Shown piece by piece: positions 39,001 to 49,489 of a DNA stretch of 64,000 nucleotides. Under the pieces are notes generated by a model, which had not been told where the DNA came from, did not search any database, and was given only the letters and a program-made list of their open reading frames with translations. The DNA comes from Curvularia clavata. Its lineage: Eukaryota. The position numbers were made by a program, and so were the translations under genes. Within the stretch, counting starts at the first letter, position 1; each line of letters begins with the position of its first letter. The stretch spans positions 4,526,001 to 4,590,000 of the forward strand of contig CP089276.1 of NCBI GenBank assembly GCA_023920165.1, in the 5' to 3' direction.

Positions 39001-39549
39001 CTGCTAGAAATCCCGAACGATCTTGGCAAGCTCAGAGTTGCAGTTTTCAGGGCGTATGACAACTGGCTTGCAAGACTCGCTGCTGCTTGCATCTGCCAAC
39101 AAAAAGGTCTACGCATCGTCATCAATCCTTCAAAGGATGTTTGTTGGCATTGTTGCTGCACAAAGAGGTGGAATTGGACCCCGGAAACACTCCGCAAGTC
39201 CAACATGGTGCTGCGCGATTCCATTCAAATGGATGTAACTGTAGATGAACAAGTTGGCGAAGCGGAGATTGCTATGGATAGCTTGAGCAGCTCTGATAGT
39301 GAAAGCTCTTCTGACGATGATAATTCCGCATCACAACCAAGTCCAAACACCTCTTCTGAGAGCGTGTTTGTGGATAGCGGTTTGCGATCAGTAGCCAGGT
39401 CCTTGCTTTCAGTGCGGATCAATCAAGAGCCAAGTAGAGCTTATGAATATGACGGGTATGAATCTGACGAAACTGTCATCAGAGACTCAGATTCTGACGA
39501 CGAAAACGATGCACTGAACACATATATCCCACAGGTCTTTATCTGCTGA
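36013..39549 (+). CDS. Uncharacterised 1178-aa fungal protein with an internal Cys/His cluster and acidic tail
   Basis: Long intronless ORF. The N-terminus (NENTLAL.NLN.DLSL.K.EAP..TARRLGA.FE..LIRAYG.R) resembles a widespread Pezizomycotina hypothetical family (from memory). No function is assignable. Confidence 0.85.
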   Translation: MSISRFNTSVVSGTNENTLALVNLNVDLSLLKLEAPSEFKDLGRSLTRQRREIAEDGSVHRTARRLGAVFEGIAPHTPSLIRAYGSRVSEISRDSSNEGLLSSRGVFADCAGMDGTSVWAAATSGKTAIAVHLLACMLARAWSSSQATSIWVEIIEARRQDLRKQISDGLYNDSTQLGLALSADLSRNDLAEWDASTRAWLQVADDVQISRQKQLMLIINNVNIPVNQGSAAFGTYARVIEAWKTATETIEKVIRGQPHNVAKGSVLLGLAAWHLYPNILVLGQTPTTVNFNDPVVEESGQLTIGLSNPDANKDEGVYWSLSLSHLRFYGDPVRVTSITTRDASRLNIDEFHLLVLGGIIADWGGLYALDLLKAAEFFVCLDNITFRSNETSSLQPWKWHWIHLLGTASRKLLTSEGTERDLAVNTIALGQRRGRSLLRESASSIPPLFGLCDSWVLHILKMHDDLNYTFDQDETTGIEMMRYIAQKLHLQHAECIIRVRGASKYVTAIPHRDKDREYHINWVETEPSSSWDGICTCHEMGHHCHAGRCPCILHGQWCSYVCHPEGMSLQNTPCPGCQRSDLRIETTQERYDCKNLKDHESFRYIKGSLFDTLTLPLTLSDLGIKSKPGKDKPYAGVAPLFAIQTRSNAVRDGRRYLCNCFYEPASVKSPTFVLIAGSASDVGLFLRADLGLRARKRRLHEAQKRAQTERNHTIDQVISSMKTGQISPKHVVRYLTALQEGDPIHTPTFRKGLEIRHFADRFLFDSLHALSLATKTFTDLPGATIDLKIISTHLHRSLWLPSQGVRYLSRQQKFACIAMFESGLYNIDPAVMQDVIAISSRNSIFASAILHNDPGSLDHVDDVRRVVGNVGKTGMVLMVAPQAPRTKGVDLNEFRLVCHNPFDGKPEDSFKSTSLHLTFTEFELPVDIGERGAIDKDLCFVETLIQVYDRNQWIADIDVLPVFHNGNDAVRRNTVSCTGCSSTIPSELVSIDNWEELLEIPNDLGKLRVAVFRAYDNWLARLAAACICQQKGLRIVINPSKDVCWHCCCTKRWNWTPETLRKSNMVLRDSIQMDVTVDEQVGEAEIAMDSLSSSDSESSSDDDNSASQPSPNTSSESVFVDSGLRSVARSLLSVRINQEPSRAYEYDGYESDETVIRDSDSDDENDALNTYIPQVFIC

Positions 39550-40549
39550 TTTTCGGAAGTAGATGCCATTGTTCAAACTGCTCACAATGGAGGATTGCCG
39601 AAGTAGGGCTTGAGATGGGGTGGACCATGGAGTCGAGCACATACACATCCCAAAGCTGGCAGCCCCGTTCCATCATCGCCTTAGATGAGGTCCAGTGGGG
39701 AGGTTGCACATCAGAACACTCGCAGGCTCCAGCGGACGGAAGGGCGGGAGAGCCAATAGTTGAGAGCGTTTACGTAGGTCTCTTCATCAAGCAAAGAATC
39801 TAGGTGTTATGTAATGTAACGTTGAGAAAGGACGATCGGCGACGCGTGGGAAGTGGCAGACAGAATCGCATTGCAGTGGGAGTCTTCCTATTAATGATCA
39901 GCAGGCTCGCATGGGTCAAAATGGTTGCTTGATAGTGTGTGGGATAGCGACAGCTGCAGCAGTTCTGTAGGCGGTCTAATTTGTCCCGGCCGAAGGATGC
40001 AGCTAGGGTGCCGCCGTGCCTCGTGCGAGAGACCGTCCCGCAGCGCCGCGCCGCGACTATGTCCTGGTCACGACCATGCTTCCGACCTGCAACTGACTCA
40101 ATTACTCCTGTTGACTTTGGTACGCGGGGTTGCAGCAGCGTTCTGGATCGCGTCATTTCCGAAGGGGCACGCCGACCGGGATTATGGTCAGCGTACACTG
40201 TGGCAGCTTTTCTCTCTCCTAAGTACCTGTCGCCGAGCTGGAAACACGTACAAACACGTGCGAGCACGTAGGTGTAGGGTAAAAGACTGATTTCATGGTT
40301 ATACCCTCTCAAGCAACCATGCGTATGTCGAATCAAGATTATGCGCAGACTTTAAGCCCTGTCACGTGAGCTGCGCAGCTATAGCTACGTCACATTTCAC
40401 CCTTTGTGCTCCGTACTCTTACCACGACTGCACCAATCATCTCAGAGCACGCATTGAACGTAAAGCCAATAGCACGTTCCAGTTGTCGCTAAATAGCTGT
40501 CGTGTTAGAGTGACCAGTTGTTATCTCTGCTTGTAAATCAACAGCCCCA

Positions 40550-42237
40550 ATGGCAGAGCGGGTGCCTGTGCTCTGGTGTGCCAAGTGCAATAAGCCTTTC
40601 ACCAAGCGTCAGTATCCTCGCCTGCATACTATCTCAATGCATCAAGAGACATCATACTGACCGTTTTTGCAGATTCGGCACTGAAGCGTCATGGATACTA
40701 CTGCCGGTCCAACACGAGACCATCAGTGCCGAGACGGCGGTCATGTGCAGCCTGCGCAAAGGCCAAGACTGGCTGTGACAACGCCCTGCCGGCGTGTTCA
40801 CGCTGCGCCCAAAAGGGGTTTACATGCCATTACCCATCCAAGTCCGCAGCTAGGCGACCCGATGCTGTAGACACGCGTCGTCCAGTCTCTACCGACCCGC
40901 ATAATCTCCATCATAATCGGACGAGCACGATCGTGCCAGAGCAGACTCATGATCTTGAACAGATGACACCAGTCAGTAACTCTCCCATGCTCTTCACTGA
41001 CATGGAGTGGAACTTCGACGATATTACTGCCCTTGCCGATTTTATGCACCCCACACCTCAATCGATATTTCCTTCAATCACAGCATCGTCTTCGCCTGCT
41101 AAGCTTCCGGATACAATAGATCCGCAATCTCAACATGCTCATCCATCACGGCAAAACAGCCCCCGTCGACAGCCATTGAATCTCTCCATCTCGCCGGTCC
41201 CCAGTCCTAACGTTCGATCAATGATTCAACGACCGAAAATACACCCTGGAGCGGACAGAACGGCAAGCCTGATCTTCTTCACATTGAAGTCTTACCCACT
41301 GATGCTGCGTCAAAATACTCTTCCGCCCTTTATACACCCGAGCTGCGTATCCTTCACAGATGGAGGTATAACACCAGAGCCACTTGAAAATTGCATAACG
41401 TTGATGCACATGTTTGCAGGAGGAGCCCAAGGAAGCCGGAGGCTGTTTTGGCGAAATGTGCAGCAAGAGTGCGAACGCATTTGTGACCAGAGTCAGTCTC
41501 TCAACAAATGGGATCTTCTTAGCGCCATGCAAGCTCTTTCAATCTATGTCCTAATCCGTCTAGATGAAGGCGAGACTGAGCACAATAATTTCGACCATCT
41601 TCTGGAGAGGGCTGTTATTGTGAGTTTCTTATACCCGCGTTCCCTAGATACATTTCTAATTTTCTTTATCTTAGCTTACTGCAATGCAAATTTCTTACGA
41701 CGATTTTGAATGTCGCACGCATCATGTATCATGTAGCAACAAGTCTGGGAGTAGCTGGCAAGACTGGGTTTATAAAGAGTCTAGGCGAAGGTACATCAAC
41801 AATCGTTCAGCGGCTTCAATACTTTGCCTGCTAACAACTTTTGCAGACTTGCAGTCATCTATCGCATTCTTAACAAGCTCGTCTTCTTTAGTCCAGCAGC
41901 GATGTGTGATATGCCTGCTGAGTTCGTGATTGCGCCTTTACCCGCGAAACGGCAGCTCTGGGAGGCTAAAAATGCAGAAGATTGGAAGATGCAGAGCCAG
42001 AAAGAGGTACGCGAACAAGTATCATACGCGCTAGCCGTAGACGGCAAGGTTGTCAAGCTGAACCAGCGTCGGTTGTCCTGCCGTGATGCGTGGCTACCAT
42101 ATACTTCGTTTAATGAAGACACGGCTTCCCAGGACCATGAAAAAATGACTAATAGCACCGCAACCTGGTGGGCAGAATGGTGCTCTGGCATGGACAGTAT
42201 GGGGGCGCTGATCATGCTTGCGGCTTCTATGGCTTAG
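40550..42237 (+). CDS. Transcription factor with N-terminal C2HC finger plus Zn2Cys6 cluster (multi-exon)
   Basis: ATG at 40550. CAKCNKPFTK|HSALKRHGYYC precedes RRRSCAACAKAKTGCD..CSRC..C. Further motifs LPPFIHP, WVYKESRRR and LPAKRQLWEA. Confidence 0.88.
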
Positions 42238-42317
42238 CGTCATGGATTGGTAAGTAGAATCGCGCCTCAATTTTGACTTCAGCTAACTGTAGCATAGTAT
42301 TATCGCAATCAACTTCT

Positions 42318-43150
42318 GTTTCAGAAAGTGTACAAGCCCAAAAAAGTTTGCATCGAATCACCCTGTAAAGGCAGTGCCACAGTCTTCTATTGTGCTGATC
42401 AAGGACGCGGTGTGTCAACGGTCGCAAAAGCCAACAAAGTCTTCGTCGCTAAATGGGAAGTCATTCAGTCGAAGTCAGTGGTGGGTGGTCTCAGGGCGGT
42501 GGCCATGTTCCAGCGACGACTAACAACGGCTCGGGTGTTGATCAGGCCTGCCTCAAAGCTAAGGTTATGATTGCTAACAGACATATTGTAACCACTAACT
42601 CATGTGAGAACACTGATCTGTATCGCTTTCTCAGAGGAGGTAGGCTCGGCTTTGGCGGTGTCCTTTCCATGACTGTCGAGGCTCACCCAAATCTTCGGGT
42701 CGTCACCGTAAACTTCTGACTACGGTGTCACGCGACAACGCCAAATACACTTCGGGCCCGCCTGATGCTGTCACGATAGTATTACAAAGGGCTCCGGATC
42801 CCACAGACAGTGAAGTGGGTGGATACGGGTTCTGGCCCAACCAACACAACTAAATTGCTGCGAATAATCCCATGTTGGAGTACAAACGCCCAGTCTGGAC
42901 TGTCAGCAAGAATGCGGGTCATGAACTCGATATTTGTTGGAATCTCTGGTCAGTGAGCTAGAGTTCAAACGTTGATATTCACACTGACTATGTGACGCAT
43001 ACTGATTTGCGATCCCTCTAAGCCATCAAAAATTATAGAGTAGACTGCGCTGTACCATGAGATATCGTTTAGCCTGCCAAAGTCGAATATAATTTAAAAA
43101 GCAGCAATGCCCAGGATGGTCGGTTGAGGAGTTCTATCAGTATCTTGAGT
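42318..43150 (+). pseudogene. Degenerate FAD-linked oxidoreductase (BBE/VAO-like) fragment
   Basis: GGWSQGGGH.PA...GSGVDQ...IVTTNSCENTDLYRFLRGG matches the FAD-binding region. Frameshifts and stops are present, the 5' part is missing, and a later fragment reads DAVTIVLQRAPD..GGYGFW. Boundaries are approximate. Confidence 0.75.
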
Positions 43151-43824
43151 TGAGTTTGTTCGCGATGCAACGATACTGATCCAGTGGAATAAAGAGGACT
43201 CTTAAGATGGATGTCCTAAAACACAGCCATATGCGAGATCTTTTTGAGATACACTTGTTTCACTCTACTGCGTCTTCAGCGACCGATAGAGAGAAGTAAA
43301 AGATTTTGCTGCATTCGGGTGCTTTTTTGACCGAGGCCTCATTTTTGATGGTCGCCACAGAGAATTCGATTGTGATTGCTGCCAATTCCCAAATGTCAAA
43401 ACTGCGGGACCTTGTTGAAGGAAACGAATCTAGAGGCTGTCGAGGTAAACTAGGCCCTAAGGAGATTGTAAATATTGGCAATGTTTCTGTTAAACTCTTT
43501 CGATTTCTGTCCGCTTTGGTACATGGTAGCGATAAGTCACCGGAGATGATTTGTCATGTGCGACGATATGTGGTGTGGGTCCGACTTTCATGTGTCGGCC
43601 GGAACAAATTGTACGCCAAGACGAAGTATTTGGAGACTCCAACGTGCTTATTTCATGGCGCTTTCTTCTCCAAGATATATAAAGACAACAGGAAATATGT
43701 CCCATCAACTCCAAAGCTGTAAATCAATTGGCATTTCATTCAGCCTTTACTTCCCAACCGACTACAGTCCAACTTCCCAATCTCAACCTAATTACTCACG
43801 CCATTCCCTCTCCAACATCTAGTC

Positions 43825-44775
43825 ATGTCCGAAAACCCTCCCTTCCCCTCTCCCGTTAAACGATGGCACGACAAAGCTCAACCTGCCGGTGATCCCAGCC
43901 TTCCAGCGCTCTCTCAGAAAGGCAAATCAATTCTTGTCACTGGTGGAGGCAACACTGGCATTGGAGGAGAGACAGCACGCTTCTTTGCTCGTGCAGGTGC
44001 CGCGCGCATCGGTCTTCTGGGACGTCGTGAAGGTCCTCTGCTTGAGAACAAAGCCGCTATTGAGAAAGAGTGTCCTGGCACAAAGGTCTTCATTCAGACC
44101 ACTGATGTTACTGATGAGGCCTCGGTCAATTTCGCTTTCGACAATTTCGCAAAGGATGGGAAGATTGACACCCTCATACACGCCGCTGCCACAATTGGAC
44201 CCAAGGAGAACTTCACCGATGTCAACGCTCGTGATTTCCTTAAGGGCATCACGGATAATATCGAGGGCTCCCTGTGGGTTGCGAAGGCCTTCATCCGCAC
44301 TGCTGCACCTGATGCGCACGTCGTCGCTATCAACTCATGGGGTTCACATATGAGTCTCAACGACACCTTCGCCTCATACTGCGTTGCTAAGATGGCTGTG
44401 TACCGCTTGTGGGATACCGTGCTTCTTGCGCAGCCTAATCTCAGTGTCTTCCATACCCAGCCTGGTGTTGTCCTCACTGAGATGAACCTCAACGTCGGAG
44501 GCGCAGCAAGCTTCAAAAACATTGAGACAGACGATGGTAAGTTCTGCAATACTCGTGCATGCCGTTACGGGACTAATCAACCTGTAGTTACACTCCCTGC
44601 AAGCTTCAACCTCTGGCTCTCAACCCCAGAGGCTCGCTTTCTCAAGGGCAAGTTTCTGTGGTGCAACTGGGATATCGAAGAACTCAGATCGCGCGCTGAA
44701 GAACTAAAATCAGGAAGACTTCTCAACCTTGATCTTAATGGCTGGCCGTTTGAGCCTACTACGAACTGGAAGTAA
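43825..44775 (+). CDS. Short-chain dehydrogenase/reductase
   Basis: VTGGGNTGIG, catalytic YCVAK, and EARFLKGKFLWCNWD. Probable in-frame 51-nt intron at 44537-44587. Confidence 0.92.
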   Translation: MSENPPFPSPVKRWHDKAQPAGDPSLPALSQKGKSILVTGGGNTGIGGETARFFARAGAARIGLLGRREGPLLENKAAIEKECPGTKVFIQTTDVTDEASVNFAFDNFAKDGKIDTLIHAAATIGPKENFTDVNARDFLKGITDNIEGSLWVAKAFIRTAAPDAHVVAINSWGSHMSLNDTFASYCVAKMAVYRLWDTVLLAQPNLSVFHTQPGVVLTEMNLNVGGAASFKNIETDDGKFCNTRACRYGTNQPVVTLPASFNLWLSTPEARFLKGKFLWCNWDIEELRSRAEELKSGRLLNLDLNGWPFEPTTNWK

Positions 44776-45529
44776 ATGGGAAAAATAAATGCAAGATCTA
44801 GGAAAACTAATGTAGAGGAAGCAATTCTTACAAAATATTGATGGAACTTTAGTTGCTGTATGCTGCGAAATCACCTGATATTACATGACTAGTAATAGCA
44901 AATCGCATGTGTTCTATAACTGCCGCTGAACTTGACATTGCAGGCAAACTGGTTATCGAATATCCTTTGCTGAAGATCAGACCCTTCTATGGGCTGTACA
45001 AAGTCTAAAGATTCCGTTCACTTTCTGAACCATTGGTAGGGCCCCTTTGAGCGATACGCTTCGATCCTTTTTAGCATTTCTGCGGTAAATCGGAGCCAGC
45101 AGCAACTGTAATTACAGCAGATACCACATTTCCGTGTATGTATCGTGGCACATGTTTACTCGGATACAGCTACGACGAGAATACATTGAATGTGTTTGCC
45201 ACTGAGTATGCAAATGGCATGTCGAACGCGCGTTTTGACAGATACCTACACAGTAGTGAGGGGGTCTGTGGTCGAGGCGGCACAGAAGAGATCGATTGAA
45301 ACTTACCAATGAGAACACAAACCCTCCCTATCGCAGCCGATTGTTAAACCCTCGTAAATGCAACACGGTCGCCGAAGTCGACAATTCAGAGAAGTTTTGG
45401 TTACAGACGGAGTCTCCAGCGAGCCGAAACCCCGAGATTCCAAGGAGTGTAATTGCGTGTCAGAGGTGCGTGAACAATCATCGGAGCATCGGCGTGGCCC
45501 GAATACTCAGCACTGACCGTGCGGTAAAG

Positions 45530-45880
45530 CTGGGCGATTTCGAACGTGCACTGGCGGTGCTACTTAGCGCTGCGCAACCTCTACTTCTTCTTCGCTACCA
45601 GCCCTATCAGCAGCTCGTTTGACATGCCCAGCCAGTCTAAATATACAGCCGGCAATACGTACCTAACGGTTGGCCCAGCACCGCCGCGCGCGCAACCTGA
45701 CTGCGTTAGTGTTGTACACATCAATCAAGCTAGTGGCGCGCCATTAGTACCCGCATCCACACTTTGATGCTGCACTCGAATGAAAACATGTATCCTATCG
45801 CCTCGTTCACGTCACTGGGCGTCGAATCCCTCGCCACCATTGAGCTGCGCAACTGCATCAAGCGCAGGTTCGACGGCCAA
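45530..45880 (+). pseudogene. Relic of a reducing polyketide synthase (KR C-terminus and ACP)
   Basis: SNVH..LYFFFATSPISSSFDMPSQSKYTAGNTYL, then after a frameshift LAQHRRARNLTA (KR domain). This is followed closely by SLGVESLATIELRNCIKRRF (ACP motif GxDSL, with D>E). Confidence 0.75.
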
Positions 45881-46311
45881 ACTGACCCTCGACGCCATGA
45901 GGGCTTGGTGCGTGATTCAGCATCTAAACAAAGAGACAATATGTACTTAGACATGAAGGTCTCTTAGACCAGTGAACACATAGGTTGACGCTTATCTTCT
46001 TGAACCCTTCTCTCTCATCTGCACCTGCAACACTCACATGTGTCTACCCTTCCCAACCAACATTTGCTAACAGCCAATGGACCCTTACTGTCCTTTGGCC
46101 TATGATCCATGCTGTTCGTGTCAGCGTCAACTACATATAACTATACCAAGTCTACCATGGTTTCCTCGACCAGGGGTTTGTGCAACGGCACATTTATGAA
46201 ACTGTACATTCCATGACTATAGCTGAACAGAGCATACAGCTGGTGTGGTTGATTAGTGTAAAGCCATTGTGATTGCTCGCAGTAGTACTACTGCCTTCGT
46301 CACACTGTTCT

Positions 46312-46350
46312 TTCAGCTGCGTTATTCAGCTGCGCTATTCAGCTGCGCTA
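46312..46350. repeat. 13-bp tandem repeat x3 (TTCAGCTGCGYTA)
   Basis: Three adjacent units, each containing the palindrome CAGCTG. Confidence 0.9.
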
Positions 46351-46507
46351 TTTCTCAACCGTAGTTTCCCCTGAGCTGATGTTCTGACATTTACTGTCCT
46401 CCTACTTTACAATCCCAATAATGCCTGCATACAATTGTGTATAATATCTGAACTTAGTACTTTACGTATCATTCAATCAACATCGTTCCCACGAAACAAC
46501 GAACACC

Positions 46508-48678
46508 ATGAACAAGCCATCTACGAGTCACTTGACTACAGAGCGCACCCAAGAACAGACTCAATTCCTCGAGTCCAATACCCTACAGCAACGAGAAAAG
46601 TCTCAAGGCTGGAGATCCGGTCTGCTTTGGTGTGGAATCTCAGCTTTGGTCGTATTTTTCGTAAACATCTCTGCAATAGCTTGGTCAAGCTCCCGTCATA
46701 GCCCAGGCGAAAAAGATGGAAGACAGATACTGTATCAAGGAAGTTGCGAAACAGCTAAAAGGCTGAACATTGCTATACATTTGCTCATCAATGCTTTAAG
46801 CACAGTCTTACTGAGCTCGAGCAACTACTGTATGCAATGTCTATCTGCGCCATCAAGAAAAGAGGTAGACAAAGCCCACTCGAAATGCAAATCGCTGGAT
46901 ATTGGAATTATGAGCATCCGCAATCTGAGACACATTGCTCCAAAAAGGGTTGTCTTATGGTCGATCTTAGCTCTATCTTCCATACCTTTGCATCTGTTGT
47001 AAGCATGACACTCATACTTTGCCCGCATTTGGCTAACTCGTAACAGCTACAATTCTGCAGTTTTCCTCACTATCGGCAAAACTATGTATCGTACGATTCA
47101 AGTTTCCTCTGGCTTCATCATTTCACCATTAACAGACAACTTCATATCCTTGGATTCACAAGATATCGGCGAAGAAGCCATGAGCGACGAATTCAAGGCC
47201 ATACGTGACGAAGAGGCCATGCGCTTGAAGAGGTTACATGGCGTGGGTGGTTTGCGCAGACTTGACAACCTGGCATGCATAAACACCTACGCCAAAATGT
47301 TTCAAACTCAAGGTAGTCTTCTCTTGGTGGTAACAAACTCGACTTCCATTGTATATGGTGATATATCATGTGGCACGTTTGACTGTTGGGTCTGTAATGA
47401 TGATGAAATGAGCTGCGAACTCAGTCCAAGCACTAACGATTTGCGGGCTCACCCTGCTGGTTGGCAGCCAGGAAGCTCCCAACTTACTGTCTCGTATTGC
47501 CTTAGCGAACCACTACCAGAGGAATGTAAGGTGCACCTTACTCTGCACCTTGCCGTGGTAGTCACAGCGTTAAGCTTGATTAAGGCTGTAGTTATCATAA
47601 GCCTTTCCCAAAGACTTAGAGAGTCACCGTTAGTGACAATTGGCGATGCAGTCGCTTCATTTCTCTCGACACCAGAACCTTCAACCAAGGATATGTGTCT
47701 TGTTTCTAAGCAGGATGTAAAGAAGGCAAAGGACGTCTGGCCTAATGAGGGTAAGAGATTTGAATCCAATAGACTCAGACTCTTCTCATCTGCAAGTAAA
47801 ACGCGTTGGACGCTTTTTAATCTTCTGTAAGTATCCAAAGGGGAGGACTTTCCAATTTTACTAACAACCATAACTAAAGATACCTTGGATATCTTTGTGG
47901 GGTCGCTTTCGTGCTCTACCAATCCCTTCTACGAATCCACGCCTACGGTTCCGAAGCATTGGGCAGAATCCGTCAAGTCGGTATCGGCAGATCAACTGAC
48001 GTAGCTTCGCTACGGCTTCCAGGAATGGAGTCCACGAGTCCAGGTGCTTTAGTCGCAACCATCATTGTAACAAACCTGGGGCAACTTATCGCATCCTTGA
48101 TATATTTCTCCTATAACAGCCTCGTCACATCAATCGCCACTGCTCTAGAGTGGGAGTCTTATGCTTATCAGCGTAAGGGACTACGGGTATCTGGAACATC
48201 GGATGGCGAGCAGCGATCCACCTACTTCCTGCAATTACCATATCGTATTGCTCTACCTCTGATGATAGTTTCTGGGCTCTTGCATTGGCTCGTCTCTCAA
48301 TCTGTCTTTCTCGTCAGTCTTGAAATATATCTATACAATAGCCAAACTAACCTCTGGAGTGTCGATATTATCGGCGGCGTGTTCAATGTGGGATTCTCTC
48401 CACTCGGCATGATTCTCATTATGTCGACAATGATTCTCATGATCCTCTTCCTCTTTATTACCGGTATGATGCGCTTCCGAACTGCTACGCCTGTCGTGGC
48501 AAGCTGTAGTGTTGCTATTGCTGCAGCTTGTCATACTCGACCAGGGGAAGAAGGGGAGGATTCATGCATATCAAAACTGCAATGGGGAGTCACGGGTTAT
48601 GGCATAGATGGTGTTGGGCATTGCGCATTCTCTAAAGGACCTGTCACTAAGCCACAGCACGGAATGCTCTACCGTTGA
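46508..48678 (+). CDS. Fungal membrane protein, DUF6536-like (three exons)
   Basis: GSC..LNIAIHLLINALSTVLLSSSNYCMQCLSAPSRKEVDKAH..DIG, PLVTIGDAVASFL, QRSTYFLQLPYR and LQWG..GHCAFS. Family recognised from memory. Confidence 0.85.
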
Positions 48679-49489
48679 AGGACCTAATTGTGGCTGTAAA
48701 TAATTCAATGCCATATTTGGAAGGGGTAAGAGCTTCATCTTCTTGAGTGATGTATTCTTAACAAGACTTGTAGAGTCATTGTTCATAAATTTCAGATAGG
48801 CAAGGTTACGGAACTATGAGATAAATTCCTCGTGAATGCCTCGATTTTTGATGCGTCTTTGGCAAGGTAGTCTATGGCACTTAGCTGGTATTGCCTTTTG
48901 CTTGAGCATCGATATGAGTTTGCATTGTGAGGCTGAAGGACAAGCTCTCGATATAGCAACGGATTTGTTGTGCGAGCGGCGGCGTTTGTGGTACTCTGCA
49001 TATCGATTTGACCGTGTATTGAGTACAGTATTAGGTTGGCCATTTGGAATCACTGATGAGTACCACAGTCTTGCCAATCACATTGGATGATTTAAAGTCG
49101 TCCCCGTTGCTGCGCGCAACTGGCGCAAGAGGGTAGTGACTCGCTATCTGCGAAAAGACGGTATCGTCTTGTGTCCTGCCATAGTATATTAATGGTACCT
49201 ATATACCACCAAGTACCGGCGTCTTGGGTACTCAACTGCAGCGACAGTGTTTGTTGCATCTTGCTGGTAGTAGTATTCTCCACAAGAACATGATCTCAAG
49301 CTCAGGGAATAAAATTTCTATGCGCCATATTTGGATTATGGAGTCAAAATCAGATTAGCGGAATCAGCTGTAGTTCGCATCAAGGAGAGCGCACAGGTAC
49401 GGGCAGTGTGGATCAAAACGCTGGTATGGAGACGCTAGTATTCTGGAAAGGAGGCCTACAAACCAACGGCTCTGTCAAGCAACCAGTGC

